From positions 3,150,001-3,182,000 of the forward strand of contig NZ_CP064923.1 in assembly GCF_018336915.1 (NCBI RefSeq): a DNA stretch of 32,000 nucleotides, given 5' to 3'. The notes beneath the pieces were generated by a model. The model had not been told where the DNA came from. It did no database searches and was given only the letters and a program-made list of their open reading frames with translations. Shown piece after piece: positions 25,599 to 32,000 of the stretch. How positions within the stretch are numbered: the first letter of the stretch is position 1; the number at the start of each line of letters is the position of its first letter. This DNA comes from Acaryochloris marina S15. GTDB lineage: Bacteria; Cyanobacteriota; Cyanobacteriia; Thermosynechococcales; Thermosynechococcaceae. The position numbers and the translations under genes are program-made.

Positions 25599-25674
25599 GA
25601 TCCAGCGTCAATAGGATGCACTGATTCCATCGTCTACGGAAATCAGCTGCCTCTGAATGGAGATGGGGGAGTGG

Positions 25675-26640
25675 TTAATTGGAGTCCATTGCTGCTTGTA
25701 AACCACATCCACCCATCGACAAGTCGAACAGGTGCAATCCTAGTTTTTGGGATAGCGCTTCTAAAACTCGACGGCCCCGGATACTATTTCCATATTCATC
25801 CAGCAAAGGAGAAAATACGGCGATACCGGCTCGATTAGGAACCACTGCCATAATGCCGCCTGATACGCCACTCTTGGCAGGCAAACCGACTTTATAGGCC
25901 CATTCTCCGGCAAAATCATACATACCACAGGTGTACATGACGCTGAGGATATCTTTGACAAAGCCAGACTCGACAGCCCGCTCTTGAGTGATGGGATTGA
26001 TGCCTTTATGGGCCAGGGTGGCTGCCATCACAGCTAAGTCATGGCAATTGACCAACACAGAACATTGCTGAAAATAGAGATCGAGCGCTTCATCGATCTT
26101 CTTATCGATCATGCCGAAATTGAGCATTAGGTGGGCAATGGCTCGGTTGCGATGCCCGGTATCCCGTTCGGACATAAATACGGGCATATCGATAAAGACT
26201 TCATGGCCCACGTAACGACGAAACATCTCCAACAAGCGGTTAAGGCGATCGGTGGGGCCATTGCCTTGAATCAAGCTGGTGGTGGCGATCGCCCCCGCGT
26301 TGACCATGGGATTGTCAGGGCGCTTGGAGTCTTCGTCTAGTCGAATCAGAGAATTGAAGGGATCTCCGGTGGGTTCAACGCCTACTTTTGCCAATAAGGT
26401 ATCCCGGCCATGATCGGCAAGAGCCATACCATAGACAAAGACTTTGGAAATGGATTGGATGGTGAAAGTCTGCTGACAGCTCCCAACTTGGAAGGTTTGA
26501 CCATCGGTGGTAACGATGGAAATGGCAAACCAATTGGAATCGGCTTTGCACAGTTCTGGAATGTAGCAGGCCAGTTGTCCAGCATCTTGTTGCTGATAGG
26601 TGTGATATTAGGATTCGAGCAGGGCTTGTAACTCCGACAT
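25675..26640 (-). pseudogene. glsA: Glutaminase (GlsA) with an in-frame TAA at codon 11
   Basis: Hand translation from the ATG at 26640 gives [77 protein letters not shown]... The stop is at 26608-26610. The 250-aa ORF-track ORF starts after the catalytic S-x-x-K (SISK) motif. Confidence 0.8.
26285..26292. repeat. HIP1 palindrome GCGATCGC
   Basis: Exact octamer. It is the last one in the window. Confidence 0.9.
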
Positions 26641-26691
26641 AGATTCCTCGACTAGGTCTGGAGTTATTGTCGCAAATTGTATCGGTTGCGA

Positions 26692-27267
26692 TCACATGAA
26701 TGGGACTACTGACTCGAATTCGGTTTTTCTCATTTTTCGAGTTTTGACAGGGCGAGCAGGATTGCCTGCATAAATGGTCATGGGGGCTAGAGATGTACCT
26801 GCAATACTACCCAGACACAGGACTGCACCCTGACCAATGGTAACCCCTGGCCCGACCACAGCTTTGGCTCCCACCCAACATCTTGACTCTAGATGAATCG
26901 CAGACAGTTTAAGGGCAAAGTTGGGGTCTTGCCAGTCATGATTCCCTGTACCTAGATAGGCTCCTTGGGAAATACAGACGTGATCGTCAATGCGGATATC
27001 AATGACGTTATCGAGCCAGACTTGCTCACCCAACCAGACATAATTGCCAATTACAATTCGCCATGGAAATTTGAGGGTGACACCGGGTTTGACTCTAACG
27101 CTTTCACCCACCTGGGCACCAAACAGTCGCAGCAGCTTCACTTTTAGTCCAGACACAGGAAGCCAATAACTTCGGAACAGAGGTTGGCCGAGAAAGTACC
27201 ATAGAAGCTGTTTGAGATAGGGAGCACCGGGGGTGTATTGACCTACGGTGTATTGATCGAGACGCAT
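26692..27267 (-). CDS. WcaF-like hexapeptide-repeat (LbH) polysaccharide O-acetyltransferase
   Basis: 191 aa, colinear with the E. coli WcaF pattern (LLRLFGAxxGxxVxxxPxVxxxxPW...GxxxWxGxxxxL...GxHD...VGPGVTIGxGAV...GNPA). Confidence 0.85.
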   Translation of the reverse strand: MRLDQYTVGQYTPGAPYLKQLLWYFLGQPLFRSYWLPVSGLKVKLLRLFGAQVGESVRVKPGVTLKFPWRIVIGNYVWLGEQVWLDNVIDIRIDDHVCISQGAYLGTGNHDWQDPNFALKLSAIHLESRCWVGAKAVVGPGVTIGQGAVLCLGSIAGTSLAPMTIYAGNPARPVKTRKMRKTEFESVVPFM

Positions 27268-27368
27268 AGGATAATGCAGAAAATAAACAGTATGTCAGGA
27301 GTCCCAATCGGGGTTGACTTGAGCAGAATTGATATACTCTAGACAGCTCTTTTGGGGATTTATTGGCG

Positions 27369-28016
27369 ATGCAGGTTACTCAAAATCAACCCGATGCAGC
27401 CATTGTTTATCCAGTATCGGACGGTGAACCTGTGGCAGAAACCTATGATCATCTCTACGCGATCTTAGTGACGTTAGAGGTGCTGCGACAGCATCTTGAC
27501 GGACAACAAGCGACGGTATTGGCAAATCAGTTTCTGTACTATGCTCAAGGATTGCCGAAGTTGCGGGTGGCCCCAGATGTGATGGTTATTTGTGGAGTTG
27601 AGCCGGGGGGACGAGATAGCTACAAGATTTGGGAGGAGGGTGAGGTGCCTCGGGTTGTCTTTGAGATGACATCGAAGGGCACTCAACAGGAAGACCAAAT
27701 TTTTAAGCGTCGCCTCTATGCCCAGATTGGAGTGGAGGAATATTGGTTGTTTGATCCGAAGGGAGAATGGCTGGAGTCTCCTTTGATGGGATATCGACTA
27801 GCTGGAGATGATTATGTTCTCATGGCGGATAGTTGCAGTCAGGCTTTAGGACTAAGATTAAATGTGGAAGGGAAGTTGATTGGGTTCACAAGTTTGGCTA
27901 CGGAAGAACGGCTATTGGCACCAGCAGAACTCAGTTATGAATTGGTGCAAGAGCAACAACGCACGGAGCGATTACGGGAACAATTAAGGGCTTTGGGCGT
28001 GGATCCGGTTGAGTAA
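27369..28016 (+). CDS. Uma2-family (DUF820) PD-(D/E)xK endonuclease, long form
   Basis: The ATG at 27369 is preferred. Motifs include YPVSDGEPVAETYDH, APDVMV, VVFEMTSKGT and the typical C-terminal RLREQLRALGVDP tail. Confidence 0.8.
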   Translation: MQVTQNQPDAAIVYPVSDGEPVAETYDHLYAILVTLEVLRQHLDGQQATVLANQFLYYAQGLPKLRVAPDVMVICGVEPGGRDSYKIWEEGEVPRVVFEMTSKGTQQEDQIFKRRLYAQIGVEEYWLFDPKGEWLESPLMGYRLAGDDYVLMADSCSQALGLRLNVEGKLIGFTSLATEERLLAPAELSYELVQEQQRTERLREQLRALGVDPVE

Positions 28017-28044
28017 GGATAAAGCAAGAAAGGAGATTAGGGGT

Positions 28045-28602
28045 ATGGTCGTTATTGCTTCTTCACTGAGTTTAGAGGAATTTCTCAAGCAACCCGAGCG
28101 TAAACCGCCTTTTGAGTACATTGACGGCAAACTCTATCCTAAGCCAATGCCCAAACGTCAACATTCCTTACTGCAAAGCGAACTGTGTATGGCAATAAAT
28201 GCTGCAAGTAAGCCAAACAAGGTGGCCTATGCATTTCCGGAGCTGCGCTGTACATTTGGGGGTTGTTCGCTGATTCCGGATTTAGCGATTCTTTACTGGG
28301 ATAAAATCGAGTTAGATGCAGAGGGTATTCCGATAGATGACGTCTATGTTGCACCGGATTGGACTATCGAGATCCTTTCCCCTGATCAAAGTGCGAATCG
28401 GGTAACAGCGAATATCGTCCATTGTTTAAAGTTTGGTTTTCAGTTGGGTTGGTTAGTTGATCCTAGGGATCAATCGATTATGGTTTTTGAACCGGATAAA
28501 CTTCCAACACTATTTCAAGGTGAAGAAGCTTTAATTATTCCTAATCAAATCAACTTAACTTTATGTGCAAAAGATATTTTTGATTGGCTTAAGTTAAGGT
28601 GA
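28045..28602 (+). CDS. Uma2-family (DUF820) endonuclease
   Basis: The ATG at 28045 is preceded by AGGAG (28031-28035). Motifs include LEEFLKQPERKPPFEYIDGKLYPKPMP, IPDLAIL and APDWTIEILSPDQS. Confidence 0.8.
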   Translation: MVVIASSLSLEEFLKQPERKPPFEYIDGKLYPKPMPKRQHSLLQSELCMAINAASKPNKVAYAFPELRCTFGGCSLIPDLAILYWDKIELDAEGIPIDDVYVAPDWTIEILSPDQSANRVTANIVHCLKFGFQLGWLVDPRDQSIMVFEPDKLPTLFQGEEALIIPNQINLTLCAKDIFDWLKLR

Positions 28603-28723
28603 TTTTTCTGTGAAAATATGATTTTTTTGACTTTGCTTGCGATCTGAAATTTAACGGCTTATAGCTAAACGCATTAATTGAGTGAGTTCTGATAATACAA
28701 ATTTAATTAGGATGGGTTAAGTT

Positions 28724-29314
28724 GTGCAATTAATCGAATCCAAGCCTGTTTTGCTAGATGTGCGGGGAATTACTCTGCACGTTACTCCTGCAGATTTTGA
28801 GCGTTTGTGTCAGGACAATCCAGAACTAAGACTAGAGTTAGCGGCATCAGGAGAATTGATCACCATGCCACCAGCGGGATGGGAAAGCTCCAAGCGAAAT
28901 TCTGAACTGAACAGATTAGTTGGAAACTGGAATCAGGAAACCTTGTTAGGAGAAGTATTTGATTCTTCCGTTGGCTTTACCTTGCCCAATGGGGCAATTC
29001 GATCGCCGGATGTCAGCTGGATTGCGGCATCAAAATTGGAAGGTGTCTCTAACGATATTGCTTTTCCTGCTATCGTTCCTGATTTTGTGATTGAGCTGCG
29101 CTCGAAAACTGATGCCTTGAAAACTTTGCAGGAGAAGATGAAAGAGTACCAAGGGGCTGGGGTGCGATTGGGCTGGTTGATAGATCCGCAAAATCAACAG
29201 GTTGAAATCTATCGACTGAGCAAGGATGTTGAGATACGGCGTTTGCCCACTGTTCTGGAGGGAGAAGATGTCTTACCTGGGTTGACGATTAACTTTACTT
29301 GGATGTCACGGTAA
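28724..29314 (+). CDS. Uma2-family (DUF820) endonuclease
   Basis: GTG start. Motifs include ELRLELAASGELITMPPAG, RSPDVSWI and VPDFVIELRSKTD (the D...ExK core). Confidence 0.8.
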   Translation: MQLIESKPVLLDVRGITLHVTPADFERLCQDNPELRLELAASGELITMPPAGWESSKRNSELNRLVGNWNQETLLGEVFDSSVGFTLPNGAIRSPDVSWIAASKLEGVSNDIAFPAIVPDFVIELRSKTDALKTLQEKMKEYQGAGVRLGWLIDPQNQQVEIYRLSKDVEIRRLPTVLEGEDVLPGLTINFTWMSR

Positions 29315-29374
29315 GGTGGCAGCCGGATTTACCTGAAAGGATTAAGGCTAAGTTATTGACTGTGGTAGGGAGTG

Positions 29375-30565
29375 CTATAAGTTAATTAATTTTTTTGTAT
29401 GTGTTTGGTGGATATTCGTATAAACATCCAGTAGCTCCTTAGCAATCACAGGCCAGCTAAAGACTGTACTTGCAAGTTTGCGACTAGATTGCCCCCGTTG
29501 CAGCAAGATCTCAGGATGTTGCAGCGTTTCACTAATGGTTTTAATCCACTGTGTGATGTCTGTGGGTATGATCCATCCAGCGTTATATTCTGCAATCCAA
29601 GGTGCGATCTGAACATTTGGCGTAATGACAACTGGGGTAGCAGCAGCGAGGGCTTCAGCAACGGCAATCCCAAAGTTCTCGGAGTAGGAAGGCAACAAAA
29701 ATAAATCGCTACCTTGAAGTATAGTGTTTTTCTCGGCACCATCAATAAAGCCGGTAAATGTAACCCGATCGCTAATCCCTAATACATTAGTATACTCCTG
29801 CAGATGTTGCTCATAAGATGGTTCCCCACTGCCCGCTACCAGTAAGTTGATCTTTAATGCTTGCTTGTTCAGATGTTGAACAACGTCTAGTAAGAATTCG
29901 ACCCTTTTTTTGGGGTGTAAACGTGATAAAAAAAGCAGAATAGGCTGATTATCTAACTTATATTTTTGAAGGAGTTGTCTTTTAGCGATAGGTCGATTAA
30001 GGCTGGGCAATTCAACGCCCAGAGGAAGAAGTAGCTTAGGTGTTTGAATATTTAATGCTTTTATATCACTGACTTCTCCGGGGGAAGTGCAGTGAATCAT
30101 TGCAGCCTGCTCTAGATTACGATTTTCTATGAGATAACGGTAGAGTTTTTTTCTTTGAGCTGACTGGGACAATGCCCAAGGAGTCAATTGCCCAAGGGGA
30201 CGCATTAGGTAAGGGATATTACTATGCCGTGCGGCTCGTGCTGTCCAAGTCGGGAGATGAGAGAAAAGATAGTGAGTATGAATCAGATGGAATTGCTTAA
30301 GATGATTGCGGTGCCACTTAGAAAGCGCATGGGTGTATAGAAACTCTTTAGCTTGAACTGTTCGGGGTAAGAAAGTGGTTTTTAGCCCTTTAAAGCGAAT
30401 TGGCTGGTTAAGAGGAACTTCTAGACGTTGATTAGTGCCATCATCGGTTGTTAGAATTTCGACATCAGCACCAATAACTTGGAGACTCTTGCTAAGCTGT
30501 AAAGCTACTCGGGTTGGCCCACCAAGGTATGGGCTCAGTGAAGGAATGACCTGTAAGATTTTCAT
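29375..30565 (-). CDS. Glycosyltransferase family 4 (GT-B fold)
   Basis: The ATG at 30565 is preferred (MKILQVIPSLSPYLGGPTRVAL). The C-terminal EX7E-like region is SENFGIAVAEALAAATPVV. Confidence 0.85.
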   Translation of the reverse strand: MKILQVIPSLSPYLGGPTRVALQLSKSLQVIGADVEILTTDDGTNQRLEVPLNQPIRFKGLKTTFLPRTVQAKEFLYTHALSKWHRNHLKQFHLIHTHYLFSHLPTWTARAARHSNIPYLMRPLGQLTPWALSQSAQRKKLYRYLIENRNLEQAAMIHCTSPGEVSDIKALNIQTPKLLLPLGVELPSLNRPIAKRQLLQKYKLDNQPILLFLSRLHPKKRVEFLLDVVQHLNKQALKINLLVAGSGEPSYEQHLQEYTNVLGISDRVTFTGFIDGAEKNTILQGSDLFLLPSYSENFGIAVAEALAAATPVVITPNVQIAPWIAEYNAGWIIPTDITQWIKTISETLQHPEILLQRGQSSRKLASTVFSWPVIAKELLDVYTNIHQTHTKKLINL

Positions 30566-30782
30566 TTGTTGCAGACTTAAAATGGATATCGGGCCAGTCA
30601 ATGCTTTTGATTAACTCTGCAATACGTCTCTTGATTAGGGAATTGAATGCTTGATTGCAGCAAAATCCGAAGAATACTTATTTTTTAAGAGTAAATAGAA
30701 TAAAAATTTTCATTTATCTTGAATATATTACCTAAATAAGTTGTGAAATTAAGCTTTCAGGTATTTTTTAAATACCCTTGTT

Positions 30783-31997
30783 TTAGATAACGAGCTTAAT
30801 GGTTGTATCTTTTAAAGATAATTTTTGATAATACAACCTTCGGATAGCTAGCATTAAGACCATCCAGAAAAGGAAGGAAAAGCAATTGCCAGCAGAATAG
30901 ATTGCCGGTTCAAAGATCGCGATGACTAAGCCACTAACGATAGTGGCAGCTAAGGTAACAAGTTGATAATTACGCCACTTAGCAAATAAGCAAAAAACCG
31001 CGAAGCCCCAAAGCAATCCAAAGAAAAGATAGGTAAGGGGCCAGCCAATTTGTACTGCTAGCCCAAAGTAACTGCTCATTACTCCATGACCTCGGAGTTT
31101 TAATGCATATAAAGAGGTTCCATAATAGTTATGGATTAAACCCTCTGTACCAAATCCATGGCCAAAGTCAGGACGATTAGTAATATAGTCTTGAGCAAGC
31201 TCCCAAAAATAAGTTCGATTTGCGGCTGTATATAATGTATCTTCTCGCAGAATTTTCTCTGCGAAAAAATTCGTTTGAATGAATTGCTCTAGAAAAATGA
31301 TAGCTGCTGTGGGGATAAAAAATGCTTGTATTGGATTCTTAGCAAACAATGATCTAAAAATGAAGAATATTGCAACGCCAAAAGCGAATAGCGCTGTGCG
31401 ATTTCCACTGAGCAGGAGATTAACTAAAAATATAATAGTGATGGTTAGATCTAACTTATGGTTCGTAATTAGCCATCTAGATATAACTAATGGTAAAGCA
31501 AGTCCCAATACCAAACCAATATTATTGGGGTTTTCAAAAATCCCTTGAAAACGGGAAGACATAAGCGAAGCTGGCTCAAAAAAAATTCCATAAACCAGAT
31601 TGAATGTCATGACGAAGCCTAGGATATATAAGGTATTCCTGATAATAACTGCCTCTGATATTGAATCAGTATATTCCCATAACGTCCAAAACGAACAAAC
31701 ATATAATAGTAGTAGACTAATAGTCTTTAAGGCTGTTTCTATAGGTAGAATCGACCAAATAGCCGAAGCCAGAAAAATATATAAGAACATGATAATGAAC
31801 CGATCAGGCAAAATTATTGTACCTTTTGATCTTCCTGCACGGACAAAACCTAATTTCACAGATAAAGCACAACCTGAAAGTAGAACCAACCACCTAAGAA
31901 TATCTCCTGCTGATGCTATTTTTTCGAATTTCATGGTTGCCATGAGGAAAGGCAACATATAGAAAATCAGGAAGTGTTTTATAAAGAACGAATACAT
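30783..31997 (-). CDS. O-antigen ligase/polymerase (Wzy/WaaL-like) polytopic membrane protein
   Basis: About 404 aa with more than 10 hydrophobic segments, in a polysaccharide-gene context. The gene is very AT-rich. The frame is still open at the window edge, so the true start may lie beyond 32000 or at an internal Met. Confidence 0.7.
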   Translation of the reverse strand: MYSFFIKHFLIFYMLPFLMATMKFEKIASAGDILRWLVLLSGCALSVKLGFVRAGRSKGTIILPDRFIIMFLYIFLASAIWSILPIETALKTISLLLLYVCSFWTLWEYTDSISEAVIIRNTLYILGFVMTFNLVYGIFFEPASLMSSRFQGIFENPNNIGLVLGLALPLVISRWLITNHKLDLTITIIFLVNLLLSGNRTALFAFGVAIFFIFRSLFAKNPIQAFFIPTAAIIFLEQFIQTNFFAEKILREDTLYTAANRTYFWELAQDYITNRPDFGHGFGTEGLIHNYYGTSLYALKLRGHGVMSSYFGLAVQIGWPLTYLFFGLLWGFAVFCLFAKWRNYQLVTLAATIVSGLVIAIFEPAIYSAGNCFSFLFWMVLMLAIRRLYYQKLSLKDTTIKLVI

Positions 31998-32000
31998 AGT

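Noticed and set aside
25675-26427. The 250-aa ORF taken as an intact, shorter glutaminase
   Set aside because: Homologous sequence continues in frame for ~70 codons upstream, including the catalytic SISK motif. That upstream stretch is interrupted only by a TAA at codon 11.
26375-26695. 106-aa minus-strand ORF upstream of the glutaminase
   Set aside because: It is an out-of-frame overlap of the glutaminase N-terminal coding region, with odd composition.

Overview
The window looks like a cyanobacterial chromosome segment. The HIP1 palindrome GCGATCGC occurs at least 8 times, and there are cyanobacteria-typical genes (a DUF2811-like gene, a SphX/PstS-like gene, a giant WD40 STAND protein, Uma2 nucleases). 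It starts with the end of a phosphate transporter operon (pstC' - pstA - pstB), which converges on a 673-aa RTX calcium-binding repeat protein. After a 750-bp repeat-rich spacer comes a 1191-aa HTH/NB-ARC/14xWD40 STAND NTPase. This is followed by two secreted proteins of unknown function, cysH coupled to a MoaD/ThiS-like sulfur carrier, and a DUF3352-like secreted protein. The next spacer carries a phased array of cyanobacterial-type DnaA boxes, which is a candidate oriC or DnaA-controlled site. Downstream lie a PstS-family binding protein, a Ca2+/Na+ antiporter, an IS200/IS605 element (tnpA/tnpB) abutting a PhyH-type dioxygenase, and an AT-rich spacer. A MATE efflux gene is cleanly split by a 1693-bp IS with 25-bp inverted repeats (IRs), a 7-bp target-site duplication (TSD) and a frameshifted transposase. 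The rest comprises a Tat-exported PhoX phosphatase, a glutaminase with an in-frame TAA at codon 11, and an AT-richer polysaccharide cluster (WcaF-like acetyltransferase, GT4 glycosyltransferase, O-antigen polymerase/ligase-like protein) interrupted by three tandem Uma2 endonuclease genes. I saw no CRISPR array, rRNA or tRNA. The most notable items are the DnaA-box array, the STAND NTPase, the two mobile elements with their exact junctions, and the dispersed phosphate/calcium gene neighbourhood. No complete, clearly novel multi-gene system can be demonstrated from sequence alone.
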